This document shows positions 11,470-25,100 of a stretch of DNA of 64,000 nt, piece by piece. This DNA is from Octopus vulgaris (lineage: Eukaryota): the NCBI GenBank assembly GCA_951406725.2, contig OX597827.1, forward strand, positions 53,754,001-53,818,000, written 5' to 3'. Made by a program: the position numbers and the translations under genes. Positions within the stretch are counted from its first letter, which is position 1. Each line of letters starts with the position of its first letter. The notes below the pieces were generated by a model. That model ran no database searches. It had not been told where the DNA came from and worked only from the letters and a program-made list of their open reading frames with translations.

Positions 11470-14100
11470 TCAATTATTTTATCTAACCCAAAAAGGATGA
11501 AAGGCAAAGTCGACCGCGGCAGTACTTGTACACAAAATGCAAAACGGGATGCCATACTGCAAACCATTCCGTCCTGCGTGAAAACGATTCTGCCAGCTCG
11601 CCGCCTTAATAATTCTTTCTGCAAGGCGGCGAACTAGCAGAAACGTTAGCACGCCGGGCGAAATGCTTAGCAGTCTTTACGTTCAGACTTCAAATTCCAC
11701 CAAGGTCGACTTTGCCTTTCAGCCTTTCGAGATTGATAAAATAAGTACCAGTTGCATACTGGGGTCGATCTAATTGACTGGCCCCCTTCCGCAAAACTTT
11801 GGGCCTTGTGCCTAGAGTAGAAAAGAATAATTCTTTCTGCTATAGGCACAAGGCCTGAAATTTGTGGGAAGGAGAAGCTAAATTACCTTGATGCCAATAC
11901 TCAGCTGGTGCTTTTTTCTATATCAACACGAAAGGATAAAAGGCAAAGTTGACCTTATTGGAATTTGTACTCAGAATGTAAAAGTCTGAAGAAATTCCGC
12001 GAAGCTTCTTATCCGGCATGCTAACCTCTTTACCAGCTCGCCGCCCAAGTAATCCTTTTTATTATAGGCACACGACAATTTTTTTTTTGGAAGGGAGGAT
12101 AGGTCGACTACATCGATCCCGGTGCTCAACTGGTGTTTATTCCGTCGACCCCGAAAGGATGAAAGGCAAGGTGAACTTCGGCGGAATTTGAACACAGAAT
12201 ATAAAGCCGGAAGAAATGCCTGCTCGCCGCCTTAATAATAATCTTTTCAACAATAGACACGAGGCCTGAAATATTGGGGGAGAAGGATTGTCGATTATAT
12301 CGATCACAATGGTACTTATTTTATCGACCCCGACATCTATGTAAATGTCTTTTACGAGAAAAAGAACGTCTTTCACATTGACGGTGTTTAGCTTGGTTAG
12401 TTAGGTGTAGCTAATATCTTATGCGCCGCAGAATTATTCTACCACGTAACCAAATATCATCTCTAACTATCAAAGCCTGATTGTAAATCATTGGCGATGA
12501 ATAGCAAGTTCAATTTATTCGCATCCATGCACTTAATCAGATGTATCAAAGTAGAATTGCTAAAGCGCCGGGCAAAATACTTTGTTATAATTAGTTTCTC
12601 ATGTTCAAAGTTCAAATGCTGCCGAGGTCAACTTTTTTTTCTTCTGGAATCGATAAAATAAAGTACCAGACAAGTACTGCAGTCAATTTAATATTCTTAA
12701 AGCACCCCAGACGTGAATAGAACCATGATAATAGACTAAAGCTGTAATATATATTTGTCTTACATTGGCTTCAAATTTTCACATAAGGTCAGCAATTTCG
12801 GGGGAGGGCGTAAGTCGATTACGTCGACTCCAGTGCTGGTGCTTATTCCATCGATTCCGAAAGGATGAAAGGCAAAGTCGACCTCGGCAAAATTTGAACT
12901 TAGCACGTAAATCCAGATGAAATGTCGCTAAGCATTTTGTCCAGTGTGCTAACGATTCTGCCGATTCGCTGCCCTATTGGTGAGTATTATATTGATTTCA
13001 AATTTTGGCATAAGGCCAGCAGTTTCGGGGGAGAGGTAGGTCGAATACATCGATCCAAGTGCTCAACTGGTACTTATTTTATCGACCCCGAAATGATGAA
13101 AGGTAAAATTAACCACGGTGGAATTTGAACTCAGAACGTAAAGATGGACGAAATGCTGCTAAGCATTTTGCCAGGTGCAGTAACGATTCTGCCAGCTCAC
13201 TGCCTTATTGGTGAATATTATATTAGGTTGTCCCAAAAGTTCGTAAACACTTGCGAAAATTGAATTTTTACTCGCCAAGTACTAACAAAAACAACAAAAA
13301 TTATTCCTCAAAATAAAGACCATTATTTTCCAAGACTTTCTACGAACTTTTGGGACAACTTTATATTACAAACCACAGAAAGCCAGCAAACCAGCAGAAG
13401 CGATACTGCGTCTAGTATAATACTTTGCGGCATCACCCTGTTCTTTACTTCCCGAGTTCAAATGCCGACGAAGTCGACTCTGCCTTTAATACGTTCGGAA
13501 TCAGTAAAATAAGGACCAGTTGAGCACTCGAGATCGATGCAATCGACTTACTCCCACGACCCATAAAATTCTCGGCCTTTGCCAAAAATTTGAAAAAATA
13601 TTACAAACCACAGAGGAGAAATGTACACCTGTTAAATTTGAAATTAGAATGGTAGAGATTAACAAGTGTAAGTCATTTAGTCTAGCATTTCTGATATATT
13701 TTCATGTCACACACCTTTAATCCTGGTTTGTTTTGACATTGCACAAAATAATTATAGTTCATGTGGAGGATATAGTGTGATGGATATTGAGATCTTTTTC
13801 TGTCTCATTATAAGCACAGTAAAGGTTTCTCATTTTGACGCAATACTAACAAATTTGGCGAGAGGGTTTAGTTGATATCATCGACGCCAGTACTTGATTA
13901 GTACTTTATTTTATTGATTATGAAAGGATAAAAGGCAAGTTTGGCTTCGACAAAATTTGAACTCAGAAATATCCCTCGTGATCAACTATGCCTTTCTTCC
14001 ATGTAAACTACCAATCAAGCTCTGGCGTCGATGTCATCGGCTAACCCTTTTCCCAATAAATTGTTGGCCTTTTGCTTAAATTAGAAGCCATTATTGGTAT
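11470..14100. mobile_element. Dense cluster of SINE-A copies (head-to-tail and inverted)
   Basis: About ten recognisable units with GGCGGCGAGCTGGCAGAA heads and GCCTTTCATCCTTTCGGGGTCGATAAAATAAGTACCAG cores. Confidence 0.8.
13223..13363. mobile_element. mariner-type MITE
   Basis: TA|TTAGGTTGTCCCAAAAGTTCGTA ... TACGAACTTTTGGGACAACTTTA|TA. Confidence 0.85.
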
Positions 14101-14904
14101 AGGTGAAATGAAACTGCTTCCTTTCAAGAACTGGTACGATTTGCCAAGAGCTTGCCCCTTGCTCTGCAGTGTTCTCCACTTTAATATTGAACAATTATGA
14201 GGTCACTGTAAAAAAAAAAATGAATTTTTTTCTTTGGAACATTCGTTATTAGAATGATTTTAATCTCGCTATTTCGAGACAAGCATTATATTATTTTCTT
14301 TTAAATACTAAAGTTTCCACATTAGCATAAATTAAGAAAAGGATTATTCTGCTTTAATCAATATTTGAATTGAAAGAAAAGGAAAAAATTATTCTCATTA
14401 AAAAAAATTAACAATAGTTTTAAAGTTTTGCATAGAAAGTAACGTTTTTTACAGTTGTTATTTTCCAATTTTTAAAAAATAGGTTTGTCGGAAATCTAAT
14501 TAAAATTGTAGTCATTATTACAATGTTCAGATACGGGGTATAAAAATAAAGAGCAATATCAAGAGATAGTGAAGTAACAGTCATTTTATAAGCCTTTTAT
14601 CTTAAAAAAAAACTGCAAATTGTGGAGAAATTGTCAATGCTAGAGTCGTGTTCTTTCCACTAAGTACTGTTTTTCACTAGGGAGAGGATACAGACATTTA
14701 TATCGACTCAACTTATCCAATATATTACTAGTACTTAATTTATTTCTTCAGAGATACACAATATGGTTTGAATTTAGAGCTGAGGGAAGAGAAAGAATAC
14801 AGTAAAACAATCTATCCGCTGCGCCTCAACTGTTTTCCCTCTACCGCTTTAAACAGAGATGAAAATTTCGATTGGTGCTTTTTTAATATTTTATTTTATT
14901 CATT

Positions 14905-15109
14905 TTTTTACTTGTTTCAGGCATTCGACTGCGGCCATGCTGGAGCACCGCCTTCAAGAATTTTTTTTAATCGAATGAATCGACCTCAGTACGTTTTTTT
15001 AAGCCTGGCTCTTATTCTATCGATTGCTTTTGCCGAGCCGCTATGTTGCGGGGAGGTAAAGACACCAACATCAGTTGTCAAGCAGTGGTAGGGACGAACA
15101 CAGACACAA

Positions 15110-15150
<41 letters not shown>

Positions 15151-15887
15151 GGACTTTTCCCTTCTCCATACCTTTCCTTTCTCCGCTTTCTGACGAAAAG
15201 GACCGCTTGCGTACCACACTCGACTTGCCGCTTCGGAGTGACGTGCTTAGTAGTGCAGCTACCACACTGCGATCTATTGAGTCTCTTCTCCTCCCGAACG
15301 GCACGATCCGCCCCTTCGAGGCGGAAAGGTGGGTGACTGGTGCAAAAGATTGCATACGAAAAGCGAGCAAGCGGAGGCGGCGGACGCGGCACGATTGTTC
15401 ACTCTTCTCACTCGTCCTTCCTTCCTTCCTTCCTCGCTCGCGTCCGCCAGGGGCCTAGCGCCTCCGGCCGTCGCGGCCGTTGGCTTCGGCAGTCGCGCAC
15501 TGTTCCACTGCCGACGCCTATTTCTCCTCGCGCGCAGTTTCTTCACGAAACTGCTGAACAAGTCGCGGCCGGGCCCCCTCGCCCGAGTACTAGGTTATAT
15601 TGAAAGGACGGGTGTCATTTTCTTTTAATTCCCAGGCATGCTTGGCAAGACTAGTTGCTGTCCTATTCCCGGGATATCGGAAATAATTTCGGTGGGAATA
15701 AAACCGAGTCTTCGATGAATATATATAGATATATATATGCCACGGGCTTCTTTCAGTTTCTGTCTACCAAATACACTCACAAGGCTTTGGTCGGACCGAG
15801 GCTATAGTAGAACACACTTGTCCAAGGGGACCGTACCCGGAACCATGTGGTTGGGAAGCAAGCTTCTTACAACACAACCACGCCTGT
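14905..15887 (-). mobile_element. SINE family B split at its central microsatellite by a ~570-bp GC-rich insert
   Basis: The tail half 14905-15148 ends in (CA)n. The head half resumes at about 15741 (ACGGGCTTCTTTCAGTTTC) exactly where intact copies continue. Confidence 0.85.
15200..15310 (+). rRNA. Orphan fragment of the 28S rRNA 3' end (non-functional), followed by GC-rich 3'ETS/IGS-like DNA to about 15600
   Basis: GGAGTGACGTGCTTAGTAGTGCAGCTACCACACTGCGATCTATTGAGTCTC resembles the conserved metazoan LSU terminus (GGGGTTTCGTACGTAGCAGAGCAGCTCCCTCGCTGCGATCTATTGAAAG in vertebrates, recalled from memory). Confidence 0.75.
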
Positions 15888-16853
15888 GTCTATTTATTTA
15901 TTTATTTATATATTTATTTTTATTTATTTATTTTTTTATTTTTTTTTTTTTTTAAATTCCAGTCGGATAAAAATTAGATATTTTTTTAGAAAGCGAAACA
16001 CTGCGAAATGGAATCTCAAATCGGAATTTGAACTGTTTTTCAAAATGAATAATAATCGAAATCAATTTATCTAGTTTCTAATTCGAATTCCAGTTTTACT
16101 GAGTTTTCAAATTTCGAAATTGAATTTCACTTATTAAAACTTATTAACATGCAATTAAAAACAGTTTGTCTTATATTTTCCTGTATTTCATCCATCCCTT
16201 TTTACCCTTCTGTCTCCCAGCAATTATTCGAGTTCTTAATTATCATGGAACACTATCACTTGAGTGAATTTAATAATGCTTTGATTGCAATTGGAAAAAG
16301 CAACCAAGACTTCAAAATCAAAAAGAAAATGTTTATTCAATTGATAACGAATGGATAGACAGTGGATAATATCGTACAACGTTCATATATGCCTTAAGGC
16401 CATTTGTAAATGTAACTATTCTTAATCGGATCGTAACGACATCGCTGATTTTCTTGAGGTGCTTTACCACACCGTTTTTGCCTTGCCTCAATCAGTTTCA
16501 CAAACTCACACGCAGAGCTAAAGCAACTTTACTGAAATTGGAATTACTTTGCTCAAAAGCACAACGGAGTGTCAAAACAAAGATTTGAAACTCAGACATT
16601 TCAACTGAGAAAGCGACATTGATTAGATTATAGCTATTGAGGCTCTTCCGAGAAATCAAAAGGTACAACGATCTTGCATAAAGAACCAATTTTCGTAAAA
16701 CATTGAAACGCTGACGAAAAAAAAAGAAGAAAAATACATAACACAGATTAATGTGAATGCATTTGGTCAGAAACATACATTTAAAAACAAGTAGTCGAGA
16801 GAGCAAAATACCAAAACATTTTTAGAGAAGAGGGAGTACAATATTATATATAC

Positions 16854-16927
<74 letters not shown>

Positions 16928-16929
16928 AA

Positions 16930-18595
16930 TTGGAATTTACAGAAAAACAAAAGGCGAAGACAACAAACAAGTGTATTAGCTTAACGCTCAGGGACGTGAG
17001 AGAGTCTTTTACGTTTCGAGCCTAGGCTCTTCAACAGAAAGGAACACGATGAAATAAACAGAGAGAGAATTAAAAAACTTTAGGGGCTACAGATCAATCA
17101 TGGCAGCTGGCTGGACAGAGGTAGTTAGACAGGAGAGCTAGGAAGAAGGGGAGATAAATAAAGTATTTTTGATCCCAAAACGAAGGTCTGCGTGCGTGTG
17201 TTTGTGCGAATGTGTGACAGTGTGCGTGTGGATAGGAGCTGGTGACCTTGACGTGTGGATATGTGCGTCTGTAATGTGTGGGTGTGTGGATGACAGTGTG
17301 GGTGCTGGGAAGTGGTCAGTGCTAGTGTGTGCGAGGTGGTGTGGTGGTGTGTTATGTGGTGTGGCATAATGACGTGTGGTGGTGTTTTGGTGTGTGGATG
17401 CAAGGGTGGGGTGTGAGGATTTGAGGGTGGGGTATGGGTTTCGAGTGAGGATGCGTGGGTAGGGTGGGGCATGTGGAAGTGGGATGTGTGGGTAGAAGTG
17501 AAGAGAGGAAGTAAATGTCAAGGCAAGAGAGAGGAAGGGTGGATAGGAGTAGAGAGAGGAAGTAGGTGTGAGATGAAGAGAGGAGAGAGGAGGGGAGTCA
17601 GATGAAGAGGGGAGGAGTGTTGAACCTATGTGACACAAAAGAGTGAAGAGAGAAGATTCATTTCTGTTCACGGTGAAGGCGGGAGTCCGGATGGCCCCTG
17701 TGCAAAGACAATCCAAACACATATAGGTGTTGTAATGAATGACCAGTAGAACGGAAATGGCGCGAGACCAGGATGTCGTTGCCGAGTCTAATGTCTCAGA
17801 GGTGCTCCGCGAACCGGTCAGCCAAGCGGCGTCCCGTTTGGCCGATGTACAGAGAAGGACAGAAAGAGCAGGAGGTGCAGTAAATGACGTTGCTAGAAGC
17901 GAATGTAAAGGAGTTGGTGATATGATAGGGATGATGATGGGTGCCTGTGAGGAGGGTGGTATTCAAGAGGGAGGAGCAACTGCGGCAGCGAGGGCGGGAG
18001 CAGGAGAACGAACCAGGTTGGGAGGTGGGATTTAGGAAGAAACTGTGGACCCGGAGGTCATGTAGGTTGTGGGTTTGTTTGAAGGAGAGGAGTAGGTTGT
18101 GGAAGATGTGCGAAGTGGAGGGGTCGGACTAGAGTCGCCGGAAGGCTCGAAGAATGGTGCATTGGAGAGGCAGGGTGGAAGGGTGGTAGGTGGGGGAAAC
18201 GGGAGACGGGTAACGGCGGCGCGGGGAGAGTGAGGAGAGGCAGGGTCCACTGAACGTGCTCTGGCAAGGACGATGTGGATTGTGGTGAGGGGATGTTCAC
18301 GAATAATGAAGTGGCGAGCCATGAGTTGAGACTGAGTCTCAAAGTCATGGTTGTCACTGCAGAGCCTGCGCAGACAGGAGAATTGGGAGTAGGGGATGGA
18401 GAGCTTGGTGTGGGTAGGGTGGGAGGAGGTCAAGTTGCGGTATGAGTATGAGTCGGTGTGTTTGTAGTGGATGGAAGTCGTGAGAGTTGAGTGGTGTATG
18501 CTGACCGTAATGCTGAGAAAGGCGACGGAAGTGTTGGAAATTGTGCAGGAGAATTCGAGGGTAGGATGGAAAGATTTGACAAAAGAGAACAAAAA
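16930..18595 (-). mobile_element. Penelope-like retroelement, 3' half (RT C-terminus, GIY-YIG endonuclease, low-complexity UTR, terminal repeat)
   Basis: ORF 18032-18592 has FLSITV..HYKHTDS..SSHP.H.K.SIPYSQF..LRRLCS. YIGQTGRRLADRFAEH lies near 17800-17850. A hammerhead-like motif sits in the terminal repeat. Confidence 0.85.
17006..17041 (-). ncRNA. Minimal hammerhead-like motif with variant core (CUGUUGA)
   Basis: CUUU-CUGUUGA-A-GAGC(CUAG)GCUC-GAAA-CG-UA-AAAG. Confidence 0.55.
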
Positions 18596-18990
18596 TATTG
18601 GAAGGAGTCTAGTTGTTCGTGGGAGAGCGATATACTTTTCAGTAGATTGTATACAATGTCAGGGGAAATCTGATATTAGACGTTATAAACACCAAGAACA
18701 ATAGTTTCTATGAAGAGACTTGATGAGTCAATCAACTGAACCTTCTATCTCTGTCATCTTATATACAGCTGGAACATTTTACTGTCAACTCGTTTACTTT
18801 GGGATGGAGAAAAAGGCTGTTTATCAGTCGGGTGGTACAAACCGCAGAGAGGCTGAATAAATGTTTTGTTGTATTTAGCTTTGAACTTGTACATACTGAG
18901 CTGAAATCCTTTAGGATATGACTTTCATCGATTCGTAGCTTCCATGATCGTTAAAGTATATGCCAGTGTAGAAAGTTATAATAAACCTTT

Positions 18991-19222
18991 CTGTTTCTTT
19001 ACTACCCACAAGGGGCTAAACACAGAGGGGACAAACAAGTACAGACAAAGGGATTAAGTCGATTACATCGACCCAGTGCGTAACTAGTACTTATTTAATC
19101 GACCCCGAAAGGATTAAAGGCAAAGTCGACCTCGGCGGAATTTGAACTCAGAACGTAGCAGCAGACGAAATACAGCTACGCATTTCGCCTGGCGTGCTAA
19201 CGGTTCTGCCAGCTCGCTGCCC
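18991..19222 (-). mobile_element. SINE-A with Tx1-type tail, full-length
   Basis: 14-bp TSD TATAATAAACCTTT at 18977-18990 and 19223-19236. Confidence 0.9.
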
Positions 19223-19667
19223 TATAATAAACCTTTATCGACGGTAATATGACGCCATGGTCACATTGGCCGAATAGGTATAATTGTTAGTTTCCCATTG
19301 GTTAAAATTACCGCCCATATTTGAATTCTAACTTTCGTTAAAGAGAAATCTTTCACGAAATACGGTTCTTAGAATTCAGATATGAACAGTTATAAAACTC
19401 CCCGAAATTGCTGGCCTTGTGCCAAAATTTGAAGCTATCAATTACTCAGTTCAATATTGAACAGTGTACTAGTTCACAATACCTGCATACAGAAAGAGAA
19501 AGTTAATTGCTTTCCGCTTAGTCACAGCTATGATTACGACAGAAAACAAACTGCCGCTCTTTTAGGCAGTTATGTGACGCCTTTCGAAACAATGATCTGC
19601 ACATCTTGGAGACCATTTTGACATCATCTGCGAAGATCTCTTCTAAAAAAAAATCTAGATTTATTTT

Positions 19668-20085
19668 AGGAGTGGCTGTGTGGTAAGTAGCTTGCTTACG
19701 AACCACATGGTTCCGGGTTCAGTCCCACTGCGTGGCACCTTGGGCAAGTGTCTTCTACTATAGCCTCGGGCCGACCAAAGCCTTGTGAGTGGATTTGGTA
19801 GACGGAAACTGAAAGATGCCAGTCGTATATATGTATATATATATGTATATGTATGTGTGTGTGTATGTTTGTGTGTCTGTGTTTGTCCTCGCAACATCGC
19901 TTAACAATCGATGCTGGTGTGTTTAGGTCCCCGTAACATAGCGGTTCGGCAAAAGAGACCGATAGAATAAGTAAGAGGCTTACAAAGAATAAGTCGTGGG
20001 GTCGATTTGCTCGACTAAAGGCGGTGCTCCAGCATAGCCGCAGTCACATGACTGAAACCAGTAAAAGAATAAAAGAATAAAAGAA
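19668..20085 (+). mobile_element. SINE family B, full-length
   Basis: AGGAGTGGCTGTGTGGTAAG...GGTTCAGTCCC...GGCGGTGCTCCAGCATAGCCGCAGTCACATGACTGAAAC-(AAAAGAAT)n. Confidence 0.9.
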
Positions 20086-20914
20086 TACTAACGTCACGGT
20101 GTCTCGTAATTTTCGTTGATGTGCTTTTTCAATGTAGACATGGGAACTAAGATTTAGGATCGTGAAAGAAATGAAAGTGTTGAGTATTTCCCACTGATAT
20201 TCCAAGAACATTAACATTCAAACCCAAGAGCATTGACAGTGAAGAGGTTTGAAAACCGAATTTGAGTCAAAAAATTTGTTCAGCAAGGGTTTTCCTATTA
20301 TCAATGGGTGTTATAATTGTCAAAAAAATGCTAAGTTACACACAGGATTAAGTCTCTCCACAAACACAACGAAACAACTACCACGAGTTTGAACATGTGG
20401 CCTTCTGTTTGATATGATGGGAATTAATTCTGTATGGGAAACCACAAAACCAGCTAAAGCTTCAAGGATGTTGTAATTATACAAAGAATGAAGATGAAAA
20501 AAAAAAAAAGACATGGAGTAAATGATGGAAATTTCAGTCTTCTATCCTCTTAATGTCCTTTGGTTGATTAGAATTATTTGAAATCCTCTTAAAGGCTTTA
20601 GATAATGAAATTAATTTTTAAATTTTAAGACTTGAAAATATCTGCTGAAATATTAAAAGAAAAAATCATTCACAAGAATCATTCTGAGGAAACAAAATAA
20701 TTAGAAGATCCCATGGCCAAGTACTGCGCAACCAAATAAAATGTTTAAGTGAAGAAAGAAAAGTAATTTGACCTTCAAGCAATTTTTAAAGACTGGTTTA
20801 GAGGAATTTAAAGCAAAATTAGAATTATAAAAATAGCATAAAGAAAAGAAAAAAAAGAAAAGCCACATCGATGGTGAATTTTAAATTTGGTTGACTTCTA
20901 TGACAATTATATTT

Positions 20915-20983
20915 TATATCAGCGACTGTAATCGACTAGTGCCCTCCCCCAACATTTCAGGCTTTGTGCCTTTATAGAAAGGA

Positions 20984-21044
<61 letters not shown>

Positions 21045-21269
21045 CATTATTATTTAGGTGGTAGCTGGCAGAATCGTTAGTACACCAGACAAAATGCTTT
21101 GCGGCATTTCGTCCGTCGCTACGACCTGAGTTCAAATTCCACCGAGGTCTACTGTGCCTTTCATCCTTTCGGGGCCGATTAAATAAGTACTAGTTGAACA
21201 CTGGGGTCGATGTAATCGACTCATCCCCTTCCCTAAAAAAACTGCTGCCCTTGTGGCAAAATTTGAAAC

Positions 21270-21320
<51 letters not shown>

Positions 21321-21930
21321 TAATATTAAGGCGGCAAGCTGGAAGTGGCGTTAGCGCGATGGACGTAATGCTTAGCGGTATTTCGCCCGTCGCTACGACC
21401 TGAGTTCAAATTCCACCGAGGTCTACTATGCCTTTCATCCTTTCGGGGTCGATTAAATAAGTACCAGTTTGGCATTGGGGTCGATATAATCGACTTAATC
21501 CGTTTGTCTGTCCTTGTTTGTCCTCTCTGTGTTTAGCCCCTTGTGGGTAGTAAAGAAATAGGTATTTCGCCCGTCGCTACGCTCTGTGTTCAATTCCGCT
21601 GAGGTCGACTTTATTTTTCATTCTTTCGGGGTCGATAAAACAAGTACCAGTTGAACACTGGGGTCGATGTAATCGATTCATCCCCTCCCCACCAAAGAAA
21701 CTGCTGCCCATGTGGCAAACTTTGAAACTTTTACTATTACTATTATTGACGGAATCGTTAGCAGAAACGTTAGTAGAATCGTTAGCAGCATTTCGCCTGT
21801 CTCTATACTCTGAGTTCAAATTGCACTGTGGTCGACCTTGCCTATCATCCCTTCCTGGGTCGATAAGCATTTGAGCACTGGGGTTGATGTAATATATATA
21901 TCTTGTTCCAAAATTTGATACGATTATTGT
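20915..21930 (+). mobile_element. Tandem SINE-A array with (ATT)n tails and a nested Tx1-tailed copy (21398-21560)
   Basis: 21-bp duplication GGTATTTCGCCCGTCGCTACG at 21377-21397 and 21561-21581. Confidence 0.8.
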
Positions 21931-22150
21931 TATTTTTATGAATTTTCTGGCTACGACTTTTTCATGCTGTTATTACGACTGTCTATACACGCTTTTTTTT
22001 CTTTCCGCACTGCTTCTTCCATTGATGTGGTCTATCTTATCTGAAGAAGCGGTTGATACTGTGAAGTAAATCCAAAGTAACAGGTCACTGATGCAGCTGA
22101 AATAAACTACATACATAGATACATACATACATACGTACATACATACATAT

Positions 22151-25100
22151 GGCACCGTCAACATCGGACGTGCAGGTGTAGGGGACTGTTTTAAAAGTTC
22201 GTTTTGAACGCCTTCCTCTGGAAATATGCCTACTTCTTCAGCCTAAATCGGTAACTGGTGTATTTCTCCAATAATTAATAAGAGAAACACCTTTTACTCA
22301 TCAACGTAGGGTTATCCTGAACAGATTTTGAAATTATACATCTACACCGCGTGAAATCTCGCTAACACGATTTTGGCTGAAACTAACACCACCACAGATG
22401 AAACTAAGAACGTCACCATCGATGAAAACAGAACTATTTCACCAGTAAGCTGTTTAAGAAGACGTAAGTACTCTTCTCATTTTACTTGGACTCAACAGTT
22501 AAATCAAGATTTACTTCGATGCTATGAAAAAACCCGAGATGACCCTTCAATCGGATACATGAAGCGGTTAAAAGAATACTGGGACGAAGATCGATCCAAC
22601 TTAAATACCTTCACAGCAAAACAGCTCCGACGACAAGCATCTTTTGTAAAAAAAAAAAATCAACTGGTTTTCATCCTCCCAAAACACAGAGAATGGGCCA
22701 AAATCTGCGGCGTCAAAAATAATGTAAATAAACTACCGCTTCCGCCATCGCTAAATTCGAGTGTGTCTCCAAATTTAGCTGACTCTGTAGCGGAAACTGC
22801 GGAATACATCCAACTCAAAAATATTTTTAAATTACAATTTGTAAAAAATTTTGCTACTTTCTCGAAACTTTCGTTGGTGCAACAGACCATTACCAACTAG
22901 AGTGAGAAAAAATCCGACCGATCTAGTGTTTAAGGTTATCAACTATGTCGCTGGAGAACACATGGAATTACGTGGTGTTAATTACTGGAATATAAATACT
23001 CCTATATACACAGCCACTATTACTCTTAAAGAACACCTAGGAGAAATCTAGAGTGAACAAAGTAATGAAATTACTGAACGGAAACAACCTAAATGGAAAA
23101 CAAAACTTGAAGAAAACATCAACAACGTGCAAGCCATATCGGATGGTTAACTACAACAATAAAATGTAAGGTGAAAAATGAGTTTACACCTCACCAACTC
23201 TACCTTAGAGAAAATTTAATGAAACGTTATGGCAACTCTTTACACCGAGCTCTTGAGGGAAAGCTAATCACTTTAAACCATGAACTCAGGACGATGAGCG
23301 AGAAACTCCCCTATCGCATGCGAATTTTTGAACGAGCCAGTATCAATCTTAAGTTTGCTGCCAACCCACAAGTATTATATAGAGTGATGAGGAAGAAAAA
23401 ACATTGCCATTAAGAAAGCTCCCTCCCAAGAAGATCTACAATCATTCTGGTCAAAAATTTGGAATGAAAAGAGATATTTCAACCTGAATGCATCACGAGA
23501 GAGAATACTGTACCAACACTAACAGTAAAACATACAAAACTGATCCAGAAACCTTCACTAAAGCAGTAAGCAAACTGCAGAATGGGAAGGCACTTGGAAG
23601 GGACCTTATAGTTGGATATTGGTACAAGAAGCTAACATTTTATAGAAACCAGTTAATATGTATGTTCAAAAGGACTATGGAAAGTCAGACTGATATACCT
23701 ATTTCTTTATTACCCACTAGGGGCTAAACACAGAGCGGACAAACAAGGACAGACATAGGTATTAAGTCGATTACATCGACCCAGTGCGTAACTGGTACTT
23801 AATTTATCGACCCCGAAAGGATGAAAGGCAAAGTCGACCTCGGCGGAATTTGAACTCACAACGTAACTCAGACGAAATACCGCTAAGCATTTCGCCCGGC
23901 GTGCTAACGTTTCTGCCAGCTCGCCGCCTCAGACTGATATACCACATTGACAAATCTTGTTGCCAAAAATGAAATCACCGAGATGGCAGGAAACTACAGG
24001 CCCATTGCTTGCCTAGACATGTACAAACTGTAATCAAGTTGCCTCAACTAATTCCTCCGGGGCCATTGTGAGTCGAACAACATTGTGACTGATGGACATG
24101 CTGGGGGAAAAGAAGAGAGAGTGGGGATATGCCGAACAACTTTTAATAAACAAAGTTGCACTGTCTGAAGTAAGAAAACAACGCAGAAACCTTGTAACAG
24201 TATAACTTGACTAAAAGAAGGCATTAGATTCTATCCCTCATTTATGGCTGTTGAAGTGCCTACATCTGGCAAAAGTACCTACTACCTTAACTGCTGCTAT
24301 AGAGAAACTCACAAAGACATGGACGATTTTTACCCTTACAATTGAGAACAGAATAATTGTTTCTGATAGTACTGGCATTTCAAAGGGAATATTCCAGTGA
24401 GATAGTCTTTCTGTACTTCTTTTCATTTTGGCACTGAATCCATTATCGTTCCTACTGCAGAAAACAAATGTTTACATGATAGAATCTTCAACTGTTAGAG
24501 ATATCAATGTAACTCATAATTTCTTTGTAGACGATCTGAAGATTTATGCTAAAAGTGTTAACAATGCCAAAAAACACCAACTGGAATTAAGAATAGCATT
24601 TTCAGCTGATATATGTATGGAATTTGGCCAAAAGAAATGTTCCTATTTGGTTATAAAACTAGGAAAGTCAATCCCCCAAACACAAAACCTGTGCATCAAC
24701 GGTCTCCCTATTTCCCCTATTCCACACAAAGAATGTTACAAGTACCTAGGCATAGACGAAAATGTATCATATGAAGGCACTGTGAATAAAGATAAAGTGA
24801 CCGAGAATATTACACCAGACTTTGGAAAATATGGCAGTCAGAACTCTCCTCTTACAACAAAACAATATCCCACAATGCATTTGCAATACCACTGTTGATC
24901 CCAAGATTTTAGATACTTGATTGGTCTGTAAAGGAAATCCACTCCATAGATATCAAGACCCGCAAAATCCTGACAACAACTGGGAACTTCCACAGTAACA
25001 GTGATGTTGATAGGCTCTACCTATGAGGAAATGAAGGTGGAAGAGGCCTGAGATCTGTGCAGACGACCTTTGAATTCCGTATGGTATCACTCAGGCAGCA

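Noticed and set aside
15043-15628. Overlapping Arg/Ala-rich ORFs and a CpG-island-like patch
   Set aside because: Better explained as rDNA-derived GC-rich sequence inside a SINE; open frames reflect stop-poor composition.
16150-16720. Unique-looking segment with short ORFs on both strands
   Set aside because: No recognisable domain and no coherent splice structure.
19668-19740. tRNA-like A/B-box sequences
   Set aside because: These are SINE heads continuing into SINE bodies; no complete tRNA cloverleaf gene.
22151-22370. Possible HDV-like ribozyme at the R4/Dong 5' end
   Set aside because: Some hairpins are present, but the nested double pseudoknot could not be assembled by eye.
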